Assembly: GCA_029262595.1 (NCBI GenBank)
Contig: JAJCZB010000041.1
Location: 22,123 to 86,122 of the forward strand
From: Candidatus Babelota bacterium
GTDB lineage: Bacteria > Babelota > Babeliae > Babelales > Vermiphilaceae
Direction: 5' to 3'
DNA length: 64,000 nt
Under the pieces are notes generated by a model, which saw only the letters and a list, made by a program, of their open reading frames with translations, did no database searches and was not told the origin of the DNA. Positions 1-9,080 of this stretch are shown here, piece after piece. Numbering within the stretch: position 1 is the stretch's first letter; each line of letters opens with the position of its first letter. The position numbers and the translations under genes were made by a program.

Positions 1-155
1 TTTGGATCAACGACATCCCAATGAGGACCACCGTGAGCTGTCGAACCTGGACCAGTTGGAACCCAAATCTTTCCTTTTTTATCGGGCCAGCCATATTGAC
101 CTGTTTTAGGATGCTTCTTTTTTTTGCCATCCGAATTTTTTCGGAATAAAACCAT
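1..155 (-). CDS. Partial ORF running off the left edge: polymorphic-toxin-like C-terminal module (family not named)
   Basis: My own minus-strand translation from the ATG at 155 gives MVLFRKNSDGKKKKHPKTGQYGWPDKKGKIWVPTGPGSTAHGGPHWDVVDP... It is absent from the ORF track because no stop lies inside the window. It is paralogous to the fragment at 48949-49068 (GNIWIPSGPNGHGCQHWDVQ). Confidence 0.4.
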   Translation of the reverse strand, partial: MVLFRKNSDGKKKKHPKTGQYGWPDKKGKIWVPTGPGSTAHGGPHWDVVDP

Positions 156-196
156 CGCCTTCTGTTGGCTTGTTTGGTGAAGCAAGCAAAGATAAA

Positions 197-586
197 TTAA
201 ATTTCTGGATATTTTTCAGGAGTAGCTCGAAAATACTGAGCTTTTGAATTGTCTTCTTCCATTTGAATGGTATCAATATAGATACCACGTTCAAAGCCAC
301 CACGCTCAGCTATTTTTGCGTGCTTTGCGGCGCTGACCTCTTCGGGTAAAATGCCTTGCGCTTTGCAAAGCCCATCAATCACTTCAAGTACATCTGCAAG
401 CTCTTCAATCATTTCTTGACGATTCGTTGCATCATGCACTTCATGCGCTTCCTCGATGAGTTTTTTATTAAACGCATCAAAAAGATCTGTGTTACTTACT
501 ATTTTATACTGCGGAGTAACGCCCGCAGCTTTAAAACGTTTCAACGTATTATCGCGGACAAGTTTGTCGCATCGAAATGTAATCAT
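197..586 (-). CDS. MazG-like all-alpha NTP pyrophosphohydrolase (house-cleaning type)
   Basis: 129 aa. KLVRDN near the N-terminus, acidic helices LIEEAHEV and EELADVLEV, then ERGGF; this pattern is typical of small MazG-superfamily proteins. Confidence 0.65.
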   Translation of the reverse strand: MITFRCDKLVRDNTLKRFKAAGVTPQYKIVSNTDLFDAFNKKLIEEAHEVHDATNRQEMIEELADVLEVIDGLCKAQGILPEEVSAAKHAKIAERGGFERGIYIDTIQMEEDNSKAQYFRATPEKYPEI

Positions 587-605
587 TCGTATTTTTTTCC
601 TTTAA

Positions 606-1865
606 TTAAACAAGCGTAATTGCCTGCCCAATTTTATTTGCACGGCCAGTTCGGCCGATTCTGTGAATGTAATCTTCATATGTTTGCGGTAAATCAAAGT
701 TGATCACATGGGATATGTCATCAATATCAATTCCTCGCGAAACAACGTCTGTAGCCAAAAGAATGTTTGTCTTACCAGCTTGGAATGCTTGCAATGCTTT
801 GCTTCTTTGCGCTTGCGATCTATTACCATGAATTAATCCAACCACAAATCCACGAGCAGTCAGTTCTTTAGCTAATTTATCTACTACGCGCTTCGTGCGT
901 AAAAAGATCAAAACTTTTTTAAGTTCAGGCTTAATAAGCAGATCATGCAAAAGCTCTACTTTATTTTGCGCGCCAACCTTTATAACCTCTTGGTTAACGT
1001 TTTCCGCAGACTCACGCGTCCTCACACTTATTGAAATAGGATTGCGCAAAAAACTGCTCATAAGGTTTTGTAAATCTTTCGGCAGTGTCGCAGAGAAAAA
1101 GAGCGAATGGCGCTTTTTAGGCAACTTACCAATGATATGCTTTATATCTTTAATGAATCCCATATCCAGCATTCTATCAACTTCATCTAAAACGATAGAG
1201 CTATAGTTGCCGAAATTAATCATGCCATTTTCTTCTAAATCAAGAAGTCTTCCGGGCGTACCGATCACAAACGTAGGATTCTTTCTCAGCCCTTTTATTT
1301 GGAAATTAATATTTACGCCACCGATACACAGCACTGAAGTAAGATTAGTCTGCTCAGTAAAACTTTTAAATTCTTCTCTAATTTGAATTGCAAGCTCTCG
1401 AGTTGGCGCAATAACCAACACGCGAGACGCTTTTCCAGTAAGCACGTTGTTAATAAGTGGGATTAAAAACGCTGCCGTTTTTCCCGTACCCGTATTTGCT
1501 GCCCCTACAACATCACGCCCTTCTAAAAGATGGGAAATCGCTTGATCTTGTATTGGAGTCGGAGCTACGTATCCTTTCTTTTCAATATTCTCGTGCAACT
1601 GCCCTTCAAGAGCAAAGTCAGAAAAAGTATTTTGCGGCACATATACTTGCGCTGCTGTTTGCTCTTCTACTTTTTTCATAAACAATGACGGATCAAAGTT
1701 TACAACTGGCCGCTTACCTCTGCGCGGACTTGCTCCACGAGGAGATGAGCTACTTTTGCGCTTCATAGCAGAAGACGAACTTCTTTTTTTACTACCGCGC
1801 TCATCTCTTGATGTATAGCGCTTACTTTTATCCGATTTTTTTCGGGAATTAGAATAATGTGACAT
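606..1865 (-). CDS. DEAD-box ATP-dependent RNA helicase with a basic Ser/Arg/Lys-rich N-terminal tail
   Basis: Motifs seen: Q-motif region TPIQ, AANTGTGKTAAF (I), PTRELA (Ia), VLDEVD (II, DEVD variant), SAT (III), ATDVVSRGIDI (V), HRIGRTGR (VI). I prefer the ATG at 1865 (MSHYSNS...) over the longest ORF start at 1925. Confidence 0.9.
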   Translation of the reverse strand: MSHYSNSRKKSDKSKRYTSRDERGSKKRSSSSAMKRKSSSSPRGASPRRGKRPVVNFDPSLFMKKVEEQTAAQVYVPQNTFSDFALEGQLHENIEKKGYVAPTPIQDQAISHLLEGRDVVGAANTGTGKTAAFLIPLINNVLTGKASRVLVIAPTRELAIQIREEFKSFTEQTNLTSVLCIGGVNINFQIKGLRKNPTFVIGTPGRLLDLEENGMINFGNYSSIVLDEVDRMLDMGFIKDIKHIIGKLPKKRHSLFFSATLPKDLQNLMSSFLRNPISISVRTRESAENVNQEVIKVGAQNKVELLHDLLIKPELKKVLIFLRTKRVVDKLAKELTARGFVVGLIHGNRSQAQRSKALQAFQAGKTNILLATDVVSRGIDIDDISHVINFDLPQTYEDYIHRIGRTGRANKIGQAITLV

Positions 1866-2255
1866 TACACTCCATATATATTTTAAAAATTTTATCTCGC
1901 CATTCATGCATGCAATGGCAAACACAAGAAGGATAATGCCTTACCCAGGCGCCCAACTTAGTTATTATTACAATTTATAACGGCTTTTTATGCATAATCA
2001 GATGGAAAAAAACTTAGATTTCGACAAGGTAAGTAGAAATGAATTCTTCGTAATTTAGCCCCCTAATACGGCTTATATCTTATATGTAAGGATAAAGCAT
2101 ATTAGAAATTGAGCAATAGGGCTTACAAATACTGCTCTGGGAGCTAGAATTGGAAAAATCAATGGCGGCTGCGCCATGCATTTGAGAAAAGCCTATCAAG
2201 GCACTGCAACAATTATTTTAGAACTTTTAGAGTGTAAAAAAGGGCCCAAATAGTC

Positions 2256-2837
2256 TTAGAATGAAAATCCTATGCCGGCTCTTAGATCAAATCCTCCAAC
2301 CCATATTTTTTGGCCATCTTGCCGTTGAGATGGAAAAAGAGCTCGAAAAGCACCCGTTAGCCCAATGCCTTTCCAGATAGGATATCTCAAACCAACTTCA
2401 GCCTCACCAATACCCTTAGTAAAGGTTACGTTGCCCAAGTAACTTTTTTCTTTGGTCCAGATAATACCGCCTCCAAGTGAAGCATAAAGCTGGAGGCCAC
2501 TACTAAATTCTTTTCTTCTGCGCAGATAAAACGTGAAGGGCAATTGCTGGACAACTGTGCAAAACTGTAAAAACGATGTTTCTCCTTTTCTGCGCCAATA
2601 GCCCAGCTTGGCACCCAAGCCCCACCGTTTCCAGGGATAATAACAACCGTCTGCAGTGATGGCATTTATGATGCCCTTCCCGTAGACATCTTTAAACTCA
2701 CACTCCGGTTTAAACACAAATCCAGCAGACAATGCGCCGTCGAAACTGCGCTCATACTTTTCAAATGTTCTACAAAAAAGTTGTAAAGATGACGTTGATA
2801 CAAGTACAAAAAATAAGAAAGCTACTATTTTTTTCAT
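2256..2837 (-). CDS. Small outer-membrane beta-barrel protein (OmpX/OmpW-size)
   Basis: Signal peptide MKKIVAFLFFVLVSTSS, alternating hydrophobic/aromatic strands, and C-terminal GIGFSF ending in Phe. Confidence 0.5.
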   Translation of the reverse strand: MKKIVAFLFFVLVSTSSLQLFCRTFEKYERSFDGALSAGFVFKPECEFKDVYGKGIINAITADGCYYPWKRWGLGAKLGYWRRKGETSFLQFCTVVQQLPFTFYLRRRKEFSSGLQLYASLGGGIIWTKEKSYLGNVTFTKGIGEAEVGLRYPIWKGIGLTGAFRALFPSQRQDGQKIWVGGFDLRAGIGFSF

Positions 2838-2852
2838 ATACCGCTCTTACCG

Positions 2853-4025
2853 TTAACAACAAACATTAAGCCACATTCTATCCATAATATTAATCACAGT
2901 CACATCATTCGAAGTGTAATTAGTAACATACGCACGCTGGCCATCGCATGAAATAGCAATAGCACTCGGAGACGCGCCAACCACTAATACCGGGCAAAGC
3001 ACCTTATTGGTACAGATATCAATAACATTCACTGTTCCTTTACCCGCAGTTAAATCGGTGAAGTTTGGTCCAAGATAAAACGTATTATAGTTGCTTGCGT
3101 ATGCAAATCGGCCGTCTGGCGTAATAGCAATGCCTGCTGGTTGATTGCCCAAAGTAATAGTTGTTTCTACAGTATTAGAACTCAAATTCACCGCACTGAC
3201 CGTTGTCCCAGAAACCTCATTAGGCGCAATTCCTCCTGCGGTAGGGGAAAAGTTATTGCTACCAAAATTAGTTACGTAAGCAAATGATCCATCGGGGGTA
3301 ATTGCAATTGCAAATGGCCCAAAAAATCCTGTAATAGTTTTAACTACTGTATTATCACTGGTCTGTATCACACTTATCGTTCCCGTGCCCGGATTGCCAT
3401 CAACATAATTAATGACATACACAAATGCTCCATCGGGAGTAATTGCTAATGACGCAGGAGCAAGTCCCACCGTGATTGTGCCGCTAATAGTATTGGTAGT
3501 TAAATTCACTATATTCACCGTAGTGGCATTTCCGCTCCCAACGCCCGCTGGACTTCCATAATTATTAACGTAAGCAGTTTTCCCATCTGGCGTGATGACC
3601 ATCCCCGATGGCCCATCAAAACCTGTGATCGCTCCTACTACTTCATTGGTTGCAGTATCTATAATTGAGATGGTGGTACTATTACTGTTAGTGATGTATA
3701 CCCTGGTGCCATCAGCATTAATAGTTACTGTGTACGGCTCATTAAAACCAGCATCGGTTATTGATTTGGTAAGCTTATTTGTCCGCAGATCAATCACACT
3801 TACCGAACTTCCTCCGGGAATACCATTGTCCATAAAGAATGGATGATTATCATTATTCGCAATATACGCAAAACAATTATCTGGAGTAATTGCAATTCCT
3901 GCTGGACTGTTTCCTACCGGTATAGTTGCGCATGTCCTATTGCAAGCACCTGTAACAGCGATATTGAAATGGATCAGTGCTAAAAAAATGAAAATATAAT
4001 GTATAAACTTTTTTTCTACCATCAC
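2853..4025 (-). CDS. Secreted YVTN-type beta-propeller repeat protein (7 blades)
   Basis: Seven repeats of the form IAITPDG.FAYVTN: AITPDNCFAYIANN, INADGTRVYITNS, VITPDGKTAYVNNY, AITPDGAFVYVINY, AITPDGSFAYVTNF, AITPDGRFAYASNY, AISCDGQRAYVTNY. An N-terminal signal/TM segment is present. Confidence 0.75.
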   Translation of the reverse strand: MMVEKKFIHYIFIFLALIHFNIAVTGACNRTCATIPVGNSPAGIAITPDNCFAYIANNDNHPFFMDNGIPGGSSVSVIDLRTNKLTKSITDAGFNEPYTVTINADGTRVYITNSNSTTISIIDTATNEVVGAITGFDGPSGMVITPDGKTAYVNNYGSPAGVGSGNATTVNIVNLTTNTISGTITVGLAPASLAITPDGAFVYVINYVDGNPGTGTISVIQTSDNTVVKTITGFFGPFAIAITPDGSFAYVTNFGSNNFSPTAGGIAPNEVSGTTVSAVNLSSNTVETTITLGNQPAGIAITPDGRFAYASNYNTFYLGPNFTDLTAGKGTVNVIDICTNKVLCPVLVVGASPSAIAISCDGQRAYVTNYTSNDVTVINIMDRMWLNVCC

Positions 4026-4187
4026 GTATCCTCTCTCACAAAAGCGTGTAAAAATGTAACTATCTTAAAAGTTAAGTCTGCAGAGAGTCAATAACTCGAA
4101 AAAAATGATATGCATGGGCAGATTACTTGCAATCTAAAGCGACAATATATTTCACTGTCTAATAAAAAACCTTAAGGTAAAATAATC

Positions 4188-5228
4188 ATGCGTATACCCT
4201 TTTATAGTCTCATTATTAGCTTGCTTGTAAATTGTTGCGCGGCTGCTCAGTCTGAAAAATCCCTTGAACATCCCGCATTACAAAACATCAAACAAATTAC
4301 TTTTCCATCTATGGGCTTTGAAAAAGCGGGAGAATCCTATTTTTCCCCTGATGGTAAAACATTAATTTTTCAGGCGGTTCCCTCCGGAAAAAAAGGGTAT
4401 CAAATTTATAGTATTGCTATTGAAGAAGGGCAACCTCGTCTAGTAAGCACCGGCCGTGGCACGTGCACCTGCGCTTTCTTTAGACCAGATGGGAAAAAAA
4501 TTATATTTGCATCAAGCCATGATGCCCCCGATAGCGCTGAAAATAATAATCCGCAAGGATATCAGCGAGAAAATAACAACTATGTATGGGAATTTACTCC
4601 CTACATGAATATTTATGAAGCAAATCCGGATGGTTCGGATTTGAAAGCACTTACGCATGGCCCAGCGTATAAAGCCGAATGCGCTTACAGCTCAGATGGG
4701 TCTCACATTGTATACGCAAGTAATGCTACCGGCAGCATGCAACTCTATACCATGCGCGCCGATGGTTCTGATATTCAACAAATTACTCACACTGATAAGG
4801 GATACAACGGCGGCCCCTTCTTTTGCCCAAACAATAGAAAAATTATTTATCGCGCTGATTATGAAAAACAACATTATTTACAAATTTATTGTATCGATCT
4901 GCGTACAGGCCATCACCAACAAATAACTACAAATACTGCAGTCAATTGGGCTCCGTTTTGGCACCCAAGCGGAGAAGTTGTCGTTTTTACCACATCATTA
5001 CACGGCCATACCCAATATGAATTATATTTAGTACATACCAAAACAAAGAATCTTTCTCGCCTCACGAACAATTCAGGATTTGATGGGCTGGCCAGCTTTA
5101 ATAAAGACGGCACACAAATAACCTGGACCTCTAAAAGAGGGCCCGATAAAACATGCCAAATTTTTGTAGCTGATTTTGTTATGCCAGAAGCGGTATATGC
5201 ATCTAAAAAAAATAAGGACGACGTATGA
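4188..5228 (+). CDS. Periplasmic TolB-like (PD40/WD40-like) beta-propeller protein
   Basis: Signal peptide, then repeated SPDGK.LIF / RPDGKKIIFAS / SSDGSHIVYAS / NKDGTQITWTS blade motifs. Confidence 0.6.
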   Translation: MRIPFYSLIISLLVNCCAAAQSEKSLEHPALQNIKQITFPSMGFEKAGESYFSPDGKTLIFQAVPSGKKGYQIYSIAIEEGQPRLVSTGRGTCTCAFFRPDGKKIIFASSHDAPDSAENNNPQGYQRENNNYVWEFTPYMNIYEANPDGSDLKALTHGPAYKAECAYSSDGSHIVYASNATGSMQLYTMRADGSDIQQITHTDKGYNGGPFFCPNNRKIIYRADYEKQHYLQIYCIDLRTGHHQQITTNTAVNWAPFWHPSGEVVVFTTSLHGHTQYELYLVHTKTKNLSRLTNNSGFDGLASFNKDGTQITWTSKRGPDKTCQIFVADFVMPEAVYASKKNKDDV

Positions 5229-6631
5229 AAAAAATAATTTTAATTGTTTTTCTTATTTCACATACAGCATATGCAAGCAACAATCAGACGGATGACGTAT
5301 CTCCCGTTTTAGTTAATTCATCCCTTCCCTTTAAAATATCCATCGAAACTGCAGGTTTTACATTACCGGGAGGAATACACTCAGCAGCATGCGCGCAAGA
5401 TGGATCACAGTATCTCTTTATAACGGGTAGAACCAATGGATTGCATGGCTTTGATGATGGCAATAATGACTTTCCCCCATCGCTGCAAAATACAAACGTT
5501 TTTGTTGTAGATGTATGCAAGCAAACAGTAAAATTTCGTTCTTTACACGATTCTTCATCTGGGTTAACTCAAGCGCAAATTGATACTCTTTCAGTAACCA
5601 GTCCCCAATCATATCAATCTGGTAACACATTATATATTACTGGCGGCTACGGGGTTGAGTCAGATACAGGTAATTTTTCGACTAAAGATACGCTCACTGC
5701 AATTGATGTTCCCGGGCTCATTCGCTGGGTAACTAAGCCGTCCTGCGCCGCGCCCGCATGTAAATATATTCGTCAAATTTCTAATCCTGTCTTTCAAGTA
5801 ACGGGTGGGGCAATGTATCAAGTGGATCAATGCCCAACACTCCTTATATTTGGCCAAAACTTTATAGGTTTTTATACCACTTCATCAAACGGGCTTTACA
5901 CAAAACAGGTACGAAAATTCAATATTATTGATGATGGAAAATGTCTGGATGTTGCAGTTAAAGAATCCACTCTCCCTGATCCAAGTTTTCGCCGTAGAGA
6001 CCTCAACGTTATTCCAATTATAGAAACTAATTGCGGTAAAAAAACTCCTGCATTTGTAGCTCTTTCAGGGGTATTTACTCTCGATACAGGCGTTTGGACT
6101 GTTCCCGTTGAAATTACTGCAAGCGGAAATCCATCTATGGCTAACCCCGATCTTGATACCACATTCAAACAAGGTATGAATAATTATGCGTCTGCGCATA
6201 TTGAGTTACTGGCTAAAAATGGTGATATGTTTTCCATATTATTGGGCGGCCTTACGTTTGGATTTTTCGAAAATGGAACATTTAAAACCGATCCAGACAT
6301 TCCATTCACTAATCAAATAACCGCAATACAGCGCAGTAAAAAAGGGGAGTACAAACAACATCTACTGCCCGTTGAATACCCTACGATTCTATCCACCCAA
6401 TCAAATCCAGGAAACACGCTCCTCTTTGGAGCTGGAGCTAAATTTATAATCGCACCTAACGTGCCTATTTTTTCTAATGGCGTTTTGAATTTGGAAAAAA
6501 TTAAAAAACCAACCACCATCGGCTATATAGTAGGCGGCATTCAAAGCACACTTGCTAATACAAATGGACCTTCTGATTCAGCAGCATCACCTTATATTTT
6601 CAAGGTGTGCCTTACTCCTACGTGTTATTAA
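5225..6631 (+). CDS. Secreted hypothetical protein (possible propeller-like fold)
   Basis: 468-aa ORF with signal peptide MKKIILIVFLISHTAYA. ATGA overlap with the upstream TolB-like gene suggests translational coupling. I recognise no diagnostic motif. Confidence 0.45.
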   Translation: MKKIILIVFLISHTAYASNNQTDDVSPVLVNSSLPFKISIETAGFTLPGGIHSAACAQDGSQYLFITGRTNGLHGFDDGNNDFPPSLQNTNVFVVDVCKQTVKFRSLHDSSSGLTQAQIDTLSVTSPQSYQSGNTLYITGGYGVESDTGNFSTKDTLTAIDVPGLIRWVTKPSCAAPACKYIRQISNPVFQVTGGAMYQVDQCPTLLIFGQNFIGFYTTSSNGLYTKQVRKFNIIDDGKCLDVAVKESTLPDPSFRRRDLNVIPIIETNCGKKTPAFVALSGVFTLDTGVWTVPVEITASGNPSMANPDLDTTFKQGMNNYASAHIELLAKNGDMFSILLGGLTFGFFENGTFKTDPDIPFTNQITAIQRSKKGEYKQHLLPVEYPTILSTQSNPGNTLLFGAGAKFIIAPNVPIFSNGVLNLEKIKKPTTIGYIVGGIQSTLANTNGPSDSAASPYIFKVCLTPTCY

Positions 6632-7218
6632 AAGCGATAGCCAAGCGCTGCTCCAAAAATAAACGCGCTCGTATTAGATTTGCAATCCGTTACTGTATGC
6701 CCATAGAGATTACCGCTGCGTATATAGCTATAATCAATAAAGACATCAAGTAAGAAATTGTGAAAAATATTTATGTAAGCGCCCAGTTTTGCAATGCCCC
6801 CATACCCCCATTGATGGGTTTTTGATACAACACATCCCCGACGGTTTTTTGTTCGTATATAAACAGGCTGAAACCCTGCGCCCACATAAAAATTGGTACG
6901 ATCACCAGCTGGTATAAAATATTTTATGCCCGCAGCAAGAGGAAGTAATTTAAGCTTTGTAGAATCACAGCGCCTTAAATGGCGCCCCCTTTTTTGAAAA
7001 TAATCGAGACTAAAAAAGGCATACCAATTTTTATCATTTTTCAATTGCACGCTCAGCTCAGGGCCATACAATGCGCTCCCCTTATAGCACTCTTTAAATA
7101 TTGAATCGACGGGCAGCAAATAAGCCCCTTTGAATTCTAAAATAATATCTCTACTAAAAAGGGAACCCACATTTAAAAACAAGATAATGAAAATATATAG
7201 ACTCTTTGATCGCATCAT
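6628..7218 (-). CDS. Small outer-membrane beta-barrel protein, distant paralog of 2256-2837
   Basis: Signal peptide, beta-strand periodicity, C-terminal LGYRF. ATG at 7218 is preceded by AAGGAG; the longest ORF starts at a TTG at 7239. Confidence 0.5.
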   Translation of the reverse strand: MMRSKSLYIFIILFLNVGSLFSRDIILEFKGAYLLPVDSIFKECYKGSALYGPELSVQLKNDKNWYAFFSLDYFQKRGRHLRRCDSTKLKLLPLAAGIKYFIPAGDRTNFYVGAGFQPVYIRTKNRRGCVVSKTHQWGYGGIAKLGAYINIFHNFLLDVFIDYSYIRSGNLYGHTVTDCKSNTSAFIFGAALGYRF

Positions 7219-7332
7219 AGCACCATTTCTCCTTTGCAACGTAGCTCTGAAATTATTTACAGTGTGATGGTATCAATTAAAGATCAACACTACGATCACA
7301 TCGTACACATATCACCAAAAAAAGAGCTCGTG

Positions 7333-7698
7333 CTACTTTTTTCCTTTTACATGTTTCTGAGACGTAGGAGGATTTTTTTTGGAACCTCCCGGGCCAGCCC
7401 ACAACACCTTATCCGACCAATAAGCAGCGCTCAATTTTCCTTTTGCGATATTTCGTGCATGACGCGCTTTAAATGATTTGCGTGCTTCCGGGCTATAGTT
7501 GTGCCCCATGCTGCTGTCTCCAAAATGGATAAGCTTTATCACATCTCCATCCTTAGCAAGCACCATCCCTTTTTTGCTTTCTCGCGTACTTTTACGTGGC
7601 TTATTAAAGCCATCAAAAATAATTCCGCGATATTTTATTTTGCCGCTGGGTAATTTTTCAAGCCCTGGCGGGTATTTTTTCTTACGTGAAACTCTCAT
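7333..7698 (-). CDS. Small, highly basic conserved hypothetical protein
   Basis: 121 aa. The core KKGMVLAKDGDVIKLIHFGDSSMGHNYSPEARKSFKARHARNI...AAYWSDKVLW looks like a conserved small-protein family whose name I cannot give with certainty. Confidence 0.5.
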   Translation of the reverse strand: MRVSRKKKYPPGLEKLPSGKIKYRGIIFDGFNKPRKSTRESKKGMVLAKDGDVIKLIHFGDSSMGHNYSPEARKSFKARHARNIAKGKLSAAYWSDKVLWAGPGGSKKNPPTSQKHVKGKK

Positions 7699-7851
7699 TA
7701 TCTCGGCCCTTCGTTAAAATCGATACTATATCTTCTTTCTATGACTATATAGCAACCCAAAGGCCTCCTTCAATAAAAAACGTCCAATTTTACCCTGTTT
7801 TATTGCTTTTATCGGCTCATATTCAGTATTCTAGTAAAAAAGGAGTAGAAG

Positions 7852-8034
7852 ATGGCCACTAAGAAAACGTCTCGTGTAAATGAAGCGGGCAATTATACCA
7901 AGCCCGCACTCCGCAAAAAACTTTTCGAACAGATTTTAGCCGGCTCAAAGGGAGGAAAGCCGGGCCAATGGTCTGCGCGAAAAGCTCAATTTCTGGCGCG
8001 AGAATATAAAAAAGCAGGAGGAGGATATACATAA
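7852..8034 (+). CDS. N-terminal half of a small basic conserved protein (split gene, see findings)
   Basis: 60 aa with GNYTKPALRKKLFEQILAGSKGGKPGQWSARKAQFLAREYKKAGGGY. AGGAG lies upstream of the ATG. Its stop overlaps the next ATG (TAATG). Confidence 0.5.
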   Translation: MATKKTSRVNEAGNYTKPALRKKLFEQILAGSKGGKPGQWSARKAQFLAREYKKAGGGYT

Positions 8035-8276
8035 TGGGAAGAAAAAAAACGCAACAATCGCTCGTTACATGGATGAAGCAAAAATGGCAAACCAAATCAG
8101 GCGAAAAAAGCTCTGAGACCGGTGAACGCTATTTACCTGAAAAAGCAATTAAAGCGTTATCACCTCAAGAGTATGCAGCAACGACACGCAAAAAACGCAA
8201 AGATAGCGCTGAAGGGAAACAATTCAGCAAGCAGCCTAAAAAAATTGCAAAAAAAACGCGTAAATATCGTAAGTAG
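8034..8276 (+). CDS. C-terminal half of the same small basic protein family
   Basis: 80 aa with QQSLVTWMKQKWQTKSGEKSSETGERYLPEKAIKALSPQEYAATTRKKRKDSAEGKQFSKQP. It lies in a different reading frame from 7852-8034. Confidence 0.5.
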   Translation: MGRKKTQQSLVTWMKQKWQTKSGEKSSETGERYLPEKAIKALSPQEYAATTRKKRKDSAEGKQFSKQPKKIAKKTRKYRK

Positions 8277-8282
8277 TAGCGA

Positions 8283-8777
8283 TTACAGAATATCAAAGCG
8301 CTGTATAAAACCGTGCCAAGTTGCGTGATCAGTAATCTCAGTGAAATTTTTGTGATCAATGCTCTTAATTGCTGAGATCCAAAAATTGCGAACTGTTTTA
8401 CCCAACTCCGGAAGTTGCCGAACTTCCCACCGTCCCGGATACAATTTAAAAATATAATGCGCAAACCATGTGCCATATCCTGAATGCCTGTAGATTGGCG
8501 TTATATAAAATTCTGCAATATCATGCGTAGAGGTATCTCCATCGATCATGCTTTGACAATTTACTACGCAAAACCCTGCCGGAATGTCACCGTTATATAA
8601 AAGATAGATGTCATACTTGTGCGCCCATTCAGCTTCAAGCTCTTTTTGATCGTATGTGCCATCAGGCTCCATCTGCATCTTAGTAATCGGTGCAAATTCG
8701 CACTCATAACAGAGTTGTAAATGTTTAAACACCTGGTTGTGTATATCCGTTTTTACCACAGATAGATTTTTATCCAT
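8283..8777 (-). CDS. GNAT-family N-acetyltransferase
   Basis: FYITPIYRHSGYGTWFAHYIF...GRWEV......N..FW matches the acetyl-CoA-binding core (R/Q-x-x-G-x-G/A) of a small GNAT subfamily. I prefer the ATG at 8777 (GGAGA upstream); the longest ORF extends to 8849 and would add a hydrophobic N-terminus. Confidence 0.65.
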   Translation of the reverse strand: MDKNLSVVKTDIHNQVFKHLQLCYECEFAPITKMQMEPDGTYDQKELEAEWAHKYDIYLLYNGDIPAGFCVVNCQSMIDGDTSTHDIAEFYITPIYRHSGYGTWFAHYIFKLYPGRWEVRQLPELGKTVRNFWISAIKSIDHKNFTEITDHATWHGFIQRFDIL

Positions 8778-9080
8778 GCCTGCATCTCCCCACAATAAAC
8801 CACCTGATATTAATAACATAATAACAATACAGAGATTATACTTATTCATACTTATAACTTCCTACAAAAAATTATCCTAAGCGAGCAGCGTTTCGTAAAT
8901 AGCGAGAACGACTAATGCCACTTGGATGCCCCTATAAAAGAAGAGTCGGTATATATGCTGCTAATCCACCAATGCTGTTTCTATACTCCTGAGCTTTAAA
9001 CAATATATTACTAAAGTAATAGATATATGTAATGCCCCAAAAATCGTAAGCCTTGGCGAAGGATGGATTATTTAGAACTT

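Noticed and set aside
106-303. 65-aa track ORF on the minus strand
   Set aside because: Its N-terminal half lies inside the well-supported MazG-like gene in another frame, and its sequence is low-complexity. It is relevant only because it abuts the A8 run next to the toxin-like frame.
8042-8049. A8 run (A AAA AAA C) as a programmed -1 frameshift site joining 7852-8034 to 8034-8276
   Set aside because: The frame-1 stop codon (8032-8034) lies upstream of the slippery run, so slippage there cannot bypass it.
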